The notes beneath the pieces were generated by a model, which saw only the letters and a list, made by a program, of their open reading frames with translations, did no database searches and was not told the DNA's origin. A stretch of DNA of 64,000 bases from the human T2T-CHM13v2.0 reference genome, Homo sapiens: assembly GCF_009914755.1 (NCBI RefSeq), contig NC_060928.1. One strand, written 5' to 3'. Position 1 is the stretch's first letter, and every line of letters begins with the position of its first letter. Below are positions 14,070-26,705 of the stretch, one piece after another. A program made the position numbers and the translations under genes.

Positions 14070-14940
14070 CTGAGAAACAACAGTGAACTCCTAATCTCCA
14101 CCACCAACGTTCCTTCTACAACATTTCCTGTCTCAGGTGATGCCAACTCCATTCTTTGAATTTGGTTAGACCTTCAGACAATTTTTGGCTGCTCTTATTC
14201 ATAACCCATGCCAGTCCATCTCCAAATCCTATTGAAACCAGCTTCAAATATATCCATAATCCAAGTTTTCTCTCCACCTTCACTGCTCCCACCTTGGTCC
14301 ATGCTACAGTGGTCTCTCAGCTGGATTGCTGGGACTACCTCTTACCTGGTCTTCTATCTCACCCATGACACCCTGTATGCTATTCTCAGCATACCAGTAG
14401 AGTAACCTGTTTGAGATAAAAGTCCAATAATGTCACTCCTCCTATAGCCTCACATGCCACCCAGAGTGAAAGTCGGTCTTCATAATGACATACAAGATCC
14501 TATGGGTCATGACCTGACCCTGACCCCCACCCAAACATTAGATCCTTCCATTCTTTCCCCCTCACTCTTCCCTGTCTCTCCAACCCTATTAGCCTCCTTG
14601 TTGCTCCAGACACGCTCCAGCCTCAGAATTACGGCATTAGCCATTCCCTCCACAGGGAAAACTCTTTCCCAAGATATCAGCAAGCTCACACCCTGGCTGT
14701 CTTCTCAATGAATTGTACCATGAAAACCCTATTTAAAATGGCAATCTGCTTTCGCCTCCCCTCCATTCTCAATTCCCCATAATGCTCTGCTTTCTCTCAT
14801 AGCACTTACTTTGCTATATAATTAAATGATTTTCTTACATTTATTGTTCATTGCCGGTCTTCCGCTTTCCACCAGGATTTTTGCCTGATTGTTGCACTGC
14901 CTGGCTCCACGTTTGTTGAATGAAAGAGTAAATGAATCAT
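14070..14940. mobile_element. L2 LINE fragment
   Basis: Pyrimidine-rich L2-type sequence ending in the L2 terminus tttgttgaatgaa...aaatgaat. Confidence 0.65.
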
Positions 14941-15644
14941 GGAATATTCTGATGGCGGGCTATGGAGACAGAGTGAGTTGGACAGTCACCACTAAATAGA
15001 TATTTTCCCTCATCCTGTTTTCATGTTCTCTGCCCAGGAAACTGGTGTGTTCTAGTCTGAGTCTCTGTTGAATGCCAACTGATCCCGTAGGGATTAAGAG
15101 GGATACACATGCAGAGCAGTCACATCCAGGGCTTTGCTTTCCGGCTGCCCCTACTCGTTGTGTAAACCACCCTCCCTGGACCTCAGTTTTCTTATCTGCA
15201 AATTGGGGGCAATGATGCAAACTTCCCAGAGAAGATTAAACAAGATAACGGTTCAAAAGCATTTTAGCAGGATGCCTGCCATTTTATAAGCGCTTAATAG
15301 GTCTTAACAAATTATTAGTATTTAAGGGAGGCTTTATATCTTCCTCTAGAATGTGCATCCCGGAGGGGGTACTCCGAGTCAGATGAAGCTTCTTGCTTTA
15401 AGGGCACTCATGGTGTAACTGGATGGGGGTGGCCTGGCAGCCACACCTTTGGGACCATGACACCCCCCTTCCACTGTCTTCACATCGAACCAGCTGATCT
15501 TGCCTAGTCCTCATTTCCTATCCCATGTGATGACTTTTGCCAGTGACGCGGAAAAAGCCAGTTTAGGTCTTAGGGAAAATAAATAAAATTTTAAAAAGCT
15601 AGTCTAAGCCCAGCTCTTGCTTTTTTGTTTTGTTTTTTAAAACC

Positions 15645-15910
15645 AGCTCGGAGCGGGCTGGAGCAGGGGAGGAGGTGGGGCCGGGGAGCGCGCCCCGAGC
15701 CCGCCAGCTCGCTGGGGCAAGTGCAAGCCGGGTGCCTGCCGAGGGCGGCGGCCCCGCGGATTGGCCTCGCGCGTATGGGGCGACATCAGGCGGCGGGCGG
15801 GCCCGGGCGGGGCTGGCCTCTGGCCTGGGGCGCCACTGCTCTGCTGGGTGCGTCCTGCCCCTGCCCGAGTTCCCTTTTTCTCCAGGTGTGATTAGGCAAG
15901 CTTGCGAGCA
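15645..15910. promoter_or_regulatory. Small orphan CpG-rich island with GC boxes and CCAAT
   Basis: About 25 CpGs in ~220 bp (hand count) in a CpG-depleted window; GGGCGGG at 15795 and GGGCGGGGC at 15805, ATTGG at 15760. Confidence 0.65.
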
Positions 15911-16474
15911 CCCAGCTGCTGGCTGCCAAGTGGGTGACTCACTCTGCCAGGTGGGTGGGGTGAGAAAGTGAATTTGGAAAGAATGAGAAAGGTTTCCTGA
16001 CGCAGAGATGGCCACTTTCAAAGGAGCTTCCGCTTCCCCTCCATACAAAGGGCCATGTATTGACCCATCTGCTAAGTACCGGGCACTGTGTGGCGTGCTT
16101 ATGCGCTCTGGCTCATTGCACCCTCTCAGCAAGCCCGACAGTAGAGGCTGCTTTAAATTCCTACTTTATAGGTAAGGAGAAGGGGGGCGCAGAGAGATAA
16201 GAACTGTCCCCTTGCTGCAGTCAGGCTTCCAGCCTCAGCCCCTTGCCTTGAAAAGGACTGAACCAATCCCATCCTCTTTTTTCTTTTTTTAAAGGAATGT
16301 AAGTTGCCATGAATAAGCATCTTCTTATTTATCCCAGATTTTCTTGGGGACTTAAAACTAATATTTCGCATTATAGGTGGTGACAAGGAGCCCACACAGA
16401 CCTCAACTTCCACCAGCCTGAAAATGATGCTCCCAATTCTGCCCTTCAAACCTGTTTGTCTTGGATTTCTTATT

Positions 16475-16792
16475 TGTTTTTATTTTATTTCATTATTTTA
16501 TTTAATGTTTTGAGACAAAGGTCACTCTGTTGCCCAGGCTGGAATGCAGGGGCGCCATTATAGCTCACTGTAGCCTCTATCACCCCAGCTCAAGTGATCC
16601 TTCTACCTCAGCCTCCTGAGGAGCTGGGTCTATAGGTGCATGCCACCACACCTGGCTAATTTTTTAATTATTTGTAGAGATGAAGTCTCATTACGTTGCC
16701 CAGGCTGATCTTGAACTCCTGAGCTCAAGCAATCCTCCTGCCTGGGCCTTCTAATGTGCTGGGATTACAGGCATGAGCCACGGCGCTTGGCC
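16475..16792 (-). mobile_element. AluJ full length
   Basis: Both arms; flanks ttggatttct / ttgaatttct TSD-like. Confidence 0.92.
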
Positions 16793-16992
16793 TTGAATTT
16801 CTAATGTCACTGAATCACTGAATCAGAAATTTAGAAAGGGGTCCAAACTGCCCACTGCCTCTGGACTGTTCTCCTGGCAGCCTAGGAAGTGTAGGCTCTT
16901 CCTGCCTGTAGCTCCAACCAGGCCAGGCCAGCCTAGTCCCCTCCAGATTGTTCTGGATATAGGAGGTGACCCTGCATCTTGACTGCCTGCCT

Positions 16993-17480
16993 CAGAGGTC
17001 TCAAAAATTTTGCCCTCAGGACCCCTTTATGATCTGAAAAATTATTGAGAACTCCAAAAAGCTTCTGTTTCTGTGAGTTATGGCTGTTAATAGTTACTGT
17101 ATTAGAAATTAAAACTGAGAAAATAAAAAACCATTATTTTAAAACAATAGTAAACCCATGACATGTTCACAGAAACAGTTTTATAAAAAATAACTGTATT
17201 TTCCAAAACCAAACATAACTAGAATAGTGACATTGGTTCACATTTTTGCAAATCTCTTTAGTGTCTGCTTTAATGAAAGCCAGCTGGCTTTTTCTGCTTC
17301 TGCATCCAATCTGTCATGATACCACTGTAGCTTCTGGAAAACTCCACTAGTGGCCCTGGAGGGAGAGAGCGTGAAAGAGGCAAATAATATCTTAGTATAT
17401 TAGGACAATAGTTGTGACTTTAGAAACCCCTGTAAGGGTCTGAGACTTTTGGGAAGTCTCCAGACCAAGTCTTGGACTGC
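16993..17480 (+). mobile_element. hAT-Charlie DNA transposon fossil (Charlie4a-like)
   Basis: ctcaggacccctttat...aaaattattgag...ttagaaattaaaactgagaaa...catttttgcaaatctcttta. Confidence 0.75.
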
Positions 17481-17773
17481 TTGATTTTCATTTCCAATTC
17501 ATATTCTGCCAAACATTACTGCTTTGTGCTCACTCATCTAAATAAAGCTTGTAAGGGTCCTGGACATCAAACAGTAAAATAGGTAACTCCCTAAACCAAA
17601 TAAAATGGAGCCATTTGAAAAATATTTTCTTCTTATTTCAATTCAGTATCTTCCTAACTACAATAAAATCAGAAAATTGTGAATACCTATGAGCTTGTAT
17701 ACCCAAAGACACTCATCAGTACCAATGTGAGTATATGAAACTGACAATATACCAGGGCAAGAGAGTCCCTGCC

Positions 17774-18288
17774 TATGGTAGGCAGAAAAATTCCCCTGCC
17801 TCCAAGATGCTCACATCTGAATTTCTGGAACCTGTGAATATGTTGCCTTACACAGCAAAAGGGAATTAGTAGTTATGTCAACATTAAGAATCTTAAAATG
17901 GAGTGAGCATCCTGGGTTATCCAGGTGGGCCCAGTAATAGTCATGTTTATCATTAAAAGAAAGGAGACCCTTTCTCACCTGTGGTCAGAGGGAAATATGA
18001 CTATGGAAGGAAGGGTGGTCAGAGAGATGCAATGATGCTGGCTTTGGGGATTCAAGAAGGAACCACAAGCCAAGGAATGTGAATGCCCTCTAGAAGATGC
18101 ATCAGGCGAATTAGTGGATTGTTCCCTGGAGCCTCCAGAAAGGAATGCACCTTGCCAACACCTTGATTTTAGCCCCGTGAGAACTTGTTGGCCTTCTGAC
18201 TTCCAGAACTGTAAGATAATACATTTCTGTTGTTTTAAGCCATTACGTTTGAGTTAATTTGTTACATCAGCCATAGGAAACTAACACA
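17774..18288 (+). mobile_element. MLT1D solo LTR
   Basis: ggtaggcagaa...ggaacctgtgaatatgtt...ccaacaccttgattttagccc...ggaaactaacaca; 5-bp TSD ctgcc/ctgct. Confidence 0.88.
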
Positions 18289-18582
18289 CTGCTTCTGCCT
18301 TCTCTTTCCTCCACTAGAATTTGGGGTGTCCCAGGCTGTGCAGGGCAGGCCAACAGAGAAGTCCAGGGGGGCTAACGGAAATGAGGAGTTCAAGTATACA
18401 GCCTCTCTAATCAATGAGCTGAGACCCCTGTCTATTGTCCTTAAACAAGGCTACATCAAGGTCTGGGTATCCCCAGACGATACCCATTACCCTATACCTA
18501 GGAAGAGGAAAGTGTACATTGACACGTCGGAAGCTCTTGCTCAAAACCTGTTTGGAGAGTGCTGGCTTGCTTTCTTATGAAG

Positions 18583-18988
18583 TGTATTAGTCTGTTCTCC
18601 TATGGCTATAAAGAAATACCTGAGACTGGGTAATTTATAAATAAAAGATGTTTAATTGACTCACAGTTCCTCAGGCTGTACAGGAAACATGATGCTGGCA
18701 TCTGTGTGGCTTCTGGGGAGACCTCAGGAAACTTACAATTATGGCAGAAGATAAAGAGTGAGCAGGCATGTCACAAGACCAGAGCAGGAGCAAAAGAGTG
18801 AGGGAGGAGGTGACACACTTTTAAACAACCAGATCTCACAAGCACTCACTCACTATCTCGAGGACAATACCAAGGCGGTGGTGCTAAGTCATTCATAAGA
18901 AATCCGCCCCATCATCCAATCACCTCCCACCAGGCCCCACCTCCAACACTGGGGATTACATTTCAATATGAGATTTGGGCAGAGACCC
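18583..18988 (-). mobile_element. MST (MSTB-like) LTR
   Basis: tgtattagtctgttctc...gctataaagaaatacctgagactggg...caatcacctcccaccaggccccacctccaacactgggga. Confidence 0.88.
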
Positions 18989-19344
18989 TCGATGTCTTAA
19001 GTGAAATAAGAGAATAATGATTGTGTTATATTGTGGACAGACATGTTCTGCCTGGGGAAAGAAATAACAGGACAATCCACTTTCTTCCTGATTGTCACCA
19101 CATGAAATAGTTACCTGGTTGATCCCACAGAGCTTGGCCATGGACCATACACAAAATATGACTTCCTGATAGCTCGGGGCCCAGGACTTTTCCAAACTTC
19201 CAAGAACACCACTCTCAGTGGAAGGCTCGAAGCAGTGCAGGTAAGAGTTGAACATTACTTGGCAATGTATTTGATGGGCAAGAAAGGCACGCTAGGTGTC
19301 TGCTTAGGTATCCTGAAATTTCTGAAGTTTATTTTTTAATTTAA

Positions 19345-19606
19345 AAAAAATTTTTTTTTAGAGAGGGTGTCACTAGGTCACCTAGGCTGGAACACAGTGG
19401 CATGATCTTCGCTCACTGCAGCCTCAGCGTGACCTCAGGTGATCCTCTCGTCTTAGCCTCCCAAGTAGCTGGAACTACAGGCATAGGCCACCACACCCAG
19501 CTAATTTTTTGTGATTTTTGTATATACAGGATTTTGCCATGTTGCCAAGGCTGGTCTCAAACTTCTGCACTCAAGCATTCTACCTGACTCAGCCTCCTAA
19601 AGTGAG
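19345..19606 (-). mobile_element. AluJ, diverged
   Basis: Alu arms visible, 5' end missing. Confidence 0.85.
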
Positions 19607-19752
19607 TTTCTAAAGCTTTACAATGAAAAAAAAAATCAAAGTCCTGGCTTGCCAAGTGAGGGGAGCCATCTCTACTTTGATGGACACTGAGACATCAGAG
19701 AGGTAGCACCTCCCCACCCGGAGGTCCCAGTCAAGGAGACCTGCCTGTCACA

Positions 19753-20441
19753 ATGAAGCCTAAGAAATAAAAATTAAATTCTAAGCCCCCACAACTGACT
19801 GAATGAACCATCTCTTGGGCAAGGAGACCCCAACCTTGAAAACTGAGTTCTCAGGTATGACAGTATAGGAGGTTGAACACACCACCTTATACCTCCTTCC
19901 TCATAAGCCACCATGAGCCTTTCTTCCCTAAGGGCTAAACAGAAACCAGCCCTTTCAAAAGACCTCACCACTACTGTCAACTAACTGCCTGATGCTGCTC
20001 CTCCTTTTTTGCCTAATAAGAGACTACTGACCAGGGAGTGGTTCCAACCAGTCTAATGGGAGAATGCCTATTAAGGGTTTGTGTGTCCTCTGCTTCACCT
20101 TTGGGCATCAGATGGCCCAAAACTCCACCCTCAGATCATGCTAACACTGCCATTTTTTTGTGCATGGGACTCCAGAAGTGGCATGAAGTTCAATCGTGTA
20201 TATTTCTCCTTTTGTAAATATTCATGACTCCTCCTATAGCTTATAGAATATATATATTCAGCTACCATGCTCAGCATAAATTCCTGTTCCCCTTGCCTCT
20301 CCCCTAAGGTTTTTGTTGTTGGCTTTTGGCCAGACTCTGCTTCCTAGCCTATCAGAATGGTCACCCTGCAGGCGGCAGTGGTTTATGAGAAATAAAGCTC
20401 TCCTTTCCAGATTTATGAACCTTCACATTCTTCAGTTGACA
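19753..20441 (+). mobile_element. MER39-like ERV1 solo LTR
   Basis: aaattctaagcccccacaactgactgaatg...AATAAAgctctcctttcc...ttcttcagttgaCA. Confidence 0.72.
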
Positions 20442-21099
20442 GGCCATATGGACTCTATCACCACCTCTGACTGGCAGGTTCAGACCTACCCCAAGATGCC
20501 TTGGGACTTGGCTTGCATGTCTCGTTCAGCATAAGGTCCTCTGCTCCTCGGGTACCTGGTCTGAAGACCCTCTGGGTACAGCTTCCGCAGAGCAAAAAGT
20601 GCCTCTGCCATCGGACCATGCTTTCACATCTTACCTGCCTTCTCTGCAACTTCAGTGCCCCTGCCCTCAGCAGAGGGGACAAAACAAGCAGAGTCAGTTC
20701 ATCATCTGAGAACATGCTCCATTCTGGAACCTTTTCTTAAATATCTCATCTGTGTCAGGTGCTGTGTTCAGGCTTAGGGAAACACAGGTGAATAAAACAC
20801 CATCTCCAACACAGACTCACAGGATTGTAAGATTAACAAGGGACCCCAGCAGTCAATCTGCAATTCACTAAACTTTAAGGAGCACTTACTAAGATCCAGG
20901 CATTAGGTATATGGAGGTAAAGCAGACATTTCTATGCCCTTCAGGAGCTCACAGCTAAATCAATGCATGCAGGGAACTGTGGCAGCTGTAAAAAAGGCAG
21001 AAGAGCAGTTGGGGACTCAGAAGGAAGTGACTGCCCAAACACCTGGAGGGACAGGAGGCACAAAGTTATCCCAAAGGGCATGCAATGATGATGTTAGAT

Positions 21100-21750
21100 G
21101 AATTAACACCCATCAGATTAGGGGAGAAATTTATTATACACAACATAGATATTAGTCTCAGGAAATGAGCTCCCTCATCCACTCTTGGTAGGAACATAAA
21201 CAAGGGGGAGATTTGACACAAACCTCCAAAATGAAGGCTGCATGATCTCTTGATCCAGCAGTCCACCCAAGAGGAGCTTATTCCATTGATTTACTCTTAA
21301 AAGTCTGCCCAGATAAACATGCGATGATGTTCACTGTACCCTTGTATGTGATAGTAAAAATATAGAAAGTGATCCAAGTTTTCATCCACAGGGGCCAAAT
21401 TAAAAGAAGTAGGTACTTCTCTGTGCTTGAAGGCTCTGCAGCTCATACAGAGTGAGACAGATTTGTATGTCGATGTGGAAAGATAACCAAGATATATTGT
21501 TAAGTGGACAAAGCAAGATACAAAACTCTGTAAAAATTACAATCCCATTTCCCAACATGATTTTCATGGTGGGGGACAGGGGAGTGTCTATGCTACTCTA
21601 TGCATATAAATTAAGTGGGGAGGGGGCAGGGGAAGATTTCTAAGAAACTGTTAGCAGTGGTTCCCTGTGTGGAGAGCCATGGGAAAGAGGAAAACTGCTT
21701 CCATTTTCATGTTGTATCTTTTGCTCTGCTGGAATTGTCGAACCATGAAT
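21100..21750 (+). mobile_element. L1ME fragment
   Basis: ctcttggtaggaacataaac...gatccagcagtcc...gatatattgttaagtggacaaagcaag motifs. Confidence 0.55.
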
Positions 21751-22496
21751 TGTGCTTCCCAGTATTTCCTATCCTGAAGTCGTCGGGATGTAATTGTATT
21801 CAGAGATGTGGCCTTTCAAGAATTCATTTGTTAAAATGAGGCATTAGGATGGGCCTTAATCCAATGTGACTGATGGCTTTCTAAGAAGGGGAGATTGGGA
21901 CACTGATAAACACAGTAGGATGACATGGGAGGACCCAGGAAAAGATGGCCATCCACAAGCCAAGAAGAGGAGCAGAAGAGCAGTTTCAGAGGCTGGATGA
22001 CTCGACCTCTCCCGAGGAAGGATGTGCTCTGTCCAAGCTCAAGTTCCCAAGGAGCTCTGGTCCTCAGTGAAGATGCTTTTACCACAAACTCTCATTGGCC
22101 ACAAGCCACCAGGGGTGCGAACACAATTTTGTATGTGTTAGAGATGACACATTGAGTGAACAAAACATTGAGTGTCTCTTTGCTTCTTTCCCTAGAGACT
22201 GTTGGGTGTTGTTTAGGTTTCACAGGAAGGACAAGGAGGAATCGGAAACTATGACAACTTCAAATAAATTAAACCAACACTTGGCAAGGAATAAAAGTTA
22301 TAGTTGTGCAGTTCCGCACCCTAATAAGTCAAGGAACCTATAGTTTCAAAGGATCCTGAGATATCTGTGAGATAAATAAGTTGAAAAGCAGGTTAACTGT
22401 TTCCTCTCACAGGGAAAGAGATTTAGCAAGCTAACCCCTTTGTGACCGTGCCTTGTGGGATTTTTACAGCTTGAGCATTTTCAGCAACCCAGAAGT

Positions 22497-22614
22497 TAGG
22501 GTGACCACTTTATTCTGGCTTGCACAGGACTTAACCAGTTTTAGCGCTGAAAGTCCTGTGCTCTGGACATTCTGACCTCCAGTCCTGGGCAAACAGGGAC
22601 AATCGGTCACTCTA
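22497..22614. mobile_element. MER94-like hAT-Blackjack MITE
   Basis: Terminal inverted repeats tagggtgacc ... ggtcactcta. Confidence 0.7.
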
Positions 22615-24404
22615 TCAGGAATTCCCTTCTTTGAATTCTGTGCCATTGAGCAAACGTATTTAAGTATAGCAATGGCCTCAGCAGAGCCTTTGTAAGAGGA
22701 AGCAGGAGAAGGAAATTGGAACTTTCTGCATTTTCTTTGTACCATTCCTTCTCTAATCCATTCAGCAACACTGATTTCATCAACAGAGGGTTAGAGAAGG
22801 GATGCGGCTGGCCCACGTTCACAGGATTCATGAGGTCATTGGCTGGAATGTGAACTAAGGTCTGTCTCGCTTCAAAATCTGCATTCTTAACACCTATGAT
22901 GCGTGACCTAACCTGGGGCCTGGCGTTTAGTAGGACCTCAGTGAATGGTTTCTAAGTGAGCTGACTGAAATTAAGGTCCATAAAAATTAAATGACTTGCC
23001 CTTGGTGACATCTTGTTTGCAGAAAGGCTGAGAATAAGACACACACTCCTGGCTTGATAACAAAGGCTCATTATACTAGAAAGCAAGGAGGACTTATAGT
23101 TATGTGAATACTGCACCAAATTTGCCACGGTGGAGTGTAGAACTGTGTCTCAAATTAATTTCTCAAGAGTACTTTGTGGAAGATATTTCTGAGGCAAAGA
23201 TGCACATGGCTCCAGGTCACTAGACTTCAAAACTGCAACACAGCTGGTACTAGATAAGGGACAAGCTCTTAATCAGGCGATTCTGGTGAAAAGCTGATAT
23301 TCATGACATTTGGGTAAATACAAACAAAGCAACAAAAAGCTGAATAAAACACTCTCAGATTGGGAAACCTGCAGGGAAATAGCCTATGGGTAAACTCTCC
23401 CTAAATGAGCAATGATACGGTGTTTTGTTGCATCAGGAAGTGTGTCATAGAAACTACCAGCTGGAGCTTGACTCTGTACTATTCTATCAGTTTTAGTGGC
23501 ATTCCACTTCATTCCAACAGCATTACAAATGAGTCTTGCTGTAGGTGAAACTCAGTAGCACGCCAGTCATCCACAAGTTACTAACCTGATAATGTTAGCT
23601 GTTTGGCATAGACATGAGGTTTAGAAATCAGACCATAGAGATCTGGCTTCAAATCGCAGCTCCATTATTTTCTAGCCATAAATCTTGGGGTGCTTAGTTT
23701 CTCTAATCTTTCTTTGCCTCATCTGTCAATGAGGATAGTAAATAATCAGTCAAGGTATCTGACTGTTAATTATACTAATAAAAATTAGTATCGCTACAAC
23801 TTTCCAAAAAGCTAGAAAGAAATAAGACAAATGTCTTTTAAACCATTGAAATAGTTAGTTGGACACTAAAATTCATACATTCTGCTGAAAGATGATTGTG
23901 TATGTTGGGCCTTCACAATGACTGTAAATCTTCTTTTGGTTGCCAGTCTATGGACAATACATGTCCCTTTTGAATGAACGTCACATAAGAAAGTAGAGAC
24001 GTGTAATCAATTTTCAAATAAAATTCTTAAAAGGGCCCAAATTTCATAGGTTAAGTGTTTATGCTCCTCATCTTGTATAATAGATATCTTGCTTTAGGAA
24101 GGCTGTGGGATTTTGTGGAAAAAGTGTTCACAGGCTTAGGATACTGACAAACTTCACCACAAAACCACAGCACATGGGAAACCTGTACCAATGTTAATTC
24201 TGTTTTAGGACCTGTCAAATTGTCAATGACTCACCTCTCTGTCCCAGATCTTACCTTAATTCTGTTAATCACAGTGAAGTTTCAGGACATCAAAAGATCG
24301 AGACAAGTCAGAGACCCCTCCTTCGCATCCAAGGCAAAACTAAGCAGCATTCAGATATTGCATACACTGTTTTGGGCCCTCTGCACAAAGTGGGTGTTTT
24401 AAAA

Positions 24405-24760
24405 TGTAGGTTTTATTGTATTCTTCAGGTGTGGTGAGGCCAACAGACCAGGAGATGGCTGCCATTGAAAAAATAGTTTGTTACTCATAGTTCCCTGCAG
24501 GAGGGAGCATGCCACACCACTCAGGGTGGGCAAGCACCAGGAGAAGGGGTGTGCTACACTGCTCAGGGCCACATGGGGAAGCACCAGGAGGCAGGGGGAG
24601 CAGGAGGAAAATGTGGCAGCAGCCTTTGGTTTCTGCAGGAAGAAATGGTCAAGGTGGGGTAAGCAAGTTTTGGGTTGGTTAGTTGAGTCATTTCTGAGTT
24701 GTTCTGAGCTATCCACAGTGAAGGGACAGGAACTGGTAACGCATTTTGCTGTGCAGTGTG
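24405..24760. mobile_element. MER77/MER68-like LTR fragment
   Basis: caggtgtggtgaggccaacagaccaggagatggctgccattgaaaaaatagtttgttactca. Confidence 0.55.
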
Positions 24761-25102
24761 CCATATAGCATTCTCAGTCTCTCCACATCTTCAGGAAAAT
24801 ATAGACCACTCATTAACGGGATGTTGTTGAGGATGCAGCTCAGTGCTGGTTCTTTCTCTGAGGTGGGCACAGAATGGGGACAGAGGCTGCCCAAGGGAGG
24901 TGAGACACATTGAGTTCACATCTGTCTCATCCACAAGAACCAGTGGTGCCTTGGCATTAAGATTGTTCTTATCTATCTCCAAACAGTGCTTGGCAGAAAG
25001 TGGGTTCTCAAAATTAGTGTTTATTGCATGAAATTGTCTCTGCAGAATGTGCCATTTCTTTCCATCACTAGCATCCTAAGTCGAGGTTGTACCTGGATCA
25101 TT

Positions 25103-25564
25103 CTGCTACTAGATGGAAAGTCTTCACTGTGAGTCATCCAGGTTCTTGGTGCATTGAACAAAGAATTGGACAAAACGCACAAACAAACCAACAAAAGAAT
25201 GAAGCACTGAAAGTAGCAAGGAAAGCACAGATTTATTGAAGCAAAAGTACACTCCATGGAGTGGGAGGAGGCTCTAGTAAGAGGCTTAAGAGCCATGATT
25301 ACAATGTTCTTTAGGGCTTTTATTAAGCTAAAAAAAATTTGGCAACACCCCTAAGTGCCCTTTAGAGGCCTCCAGTTGGCTACACCCTATGAAGGATTGG
25401 CCTGTGACCAATCAGAGGCTGAAGTGGAAGCTTCTGTCTCATTATCACAGGAGTAAGGATGGGGCCTGTATGCTGCCCAATTTTGCCTAGAACTGGCTGC
25501 ACCTGCTGTTCTTTTGCTTATGCCTTAATCCTTGGTTTCCCTAATTCCTTATTCTCCTGCCTCA
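25103..25564 (-). mobile_element. MER51-family ERV1 solo LTR
   Basis: Minus strand starts TGAGGCAGGAGAATAAGG; CCAAT boxes and AATAAA present; ends ...agtagCA. Confidence 0.72.
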
Positions 25565-25904
25565 ATTGCATTATCTTTTCCACAGCTCCCATGTTTTCAG
25601 ATTCTCCCATTGCAAATGCATTCTGCATTCTTTCACCATTATCATTTATCTTCAACATCTCTTTGATTATAGCTTTCACTGACTTATTGAACTTCAGCAC
25701 TTCTATCTTTCCTTCCTCAGAAACCTTAAAGAACTCCCCCATTGATTAGAATCACATCTAATTTCTTCATCCTGAGATTTGAAATTTCACGGGGAGTTCT
25801 AAAGATGAAAAAGAACTCGGGTATGTAAAAAGCTCTTGCAAAACATTCAGAATAATACATGTGATCATTAATATTTTCAGTTTTCTCCCATCCAGATACA
25901 TAGT

Positions 25905-26417
25905 TGCTGAGACCAGCTTGGTCGGGGAGACTCTAACCCAGTGGCGCTAGAGGAATTAAAGACACATACACAGAAATACAGAGGCGTAAAGTGGGAAATC
26001 AGGGGTCTCACAGCCTTCAGAGCTGAGAGCCCCAAACAGAGATTTACCCACATATTTATTAACAGCAAGCCAGTCATTAGCATTGTTTCTATAGATATTC
26101 GATTAACTAAAAGTATCCCTTATGGGAAACGAAGGGATGGGCCGAAATAAAGGGGTGGGTCTGGCTAGTTATCTGCAAAAGGAACATGCCCTTAAGGCAT
26201 AAATCGCTCATGCTATTGTTTGTGGTTTAAGAATGGCTTCAAGTGGTTTTCCGCCCTGGGCGGGCCAGGTGTTCCTTGCCCTCATTCCGGTAAACCCACA
26301 ACCTTCCAGCGTGGGCGTTATGGCCATCATGAGCATGTCACAGTGCTGCAGAGATTTTGTTTATGGCCAGTTTTGGGGCCAGTTTATGGCCAGAATTTTG
26401 GGGGCCTGTTCCCAACA
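25905..26417 (-). mobile_element. MER9 solo LTR (HERV-K HML-3)
   Basis: Minus strand TGTTGGGAACAGGCCCCC...CTCAGCA, 513 bp; perfect 6-bp TSD catagt (25899-25904, 26418-26423). Confidence 0.93.
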
Positions 26418-26634
26418 CATAGTAATTGGAACTTGTCAACACCCTTAAGCTTGAGTGTAGCCACTGGCTTGGCATTGGCCAAAGAAGTCAAAATGAGCAT
26501 GTCACTGGGTGGAAGCTTCAGAAGCCATGTTGATTTGCCATGCTCCTTCTTTTCCACAGGTAAAGTGACCACAGCATTCCATCTGCCCAGGTCCTGGTGT
26601 GAGAACCCCACAGAGGAACACCCCCTTCCCCCCA

Positions 26635-26698
26635 GGCTGATCTGAGACAGGGCTAATCTGAGACAAGGCTGATCTGAAACAGGACTGATCTGAGACAG
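26635..26698. repeat. 4 x 16-bp minisatellite (ggctgatctgagacag)
   Basis: Four adjacent units, each within two substitutions of the first. Confidence 0.95.
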
Positions 26699-26705
26699 GC
26701 ATATA

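Noticed and set aside
15599-16132. 177-aa minus-strand ORF and overlapping plus-strand ORFs
   Set aside because: Pro/Ala/Arg/Gly-rich open frames are expected in GC-rich DNA; non-ATG starts, no recognisable domain.
25518-25742. Protein-looking 74-aa Lys/Glu-rich ORF
   Set aside because: Purine-rich strand of probable old repeat sequence, terminating inside a MER51 LTR.
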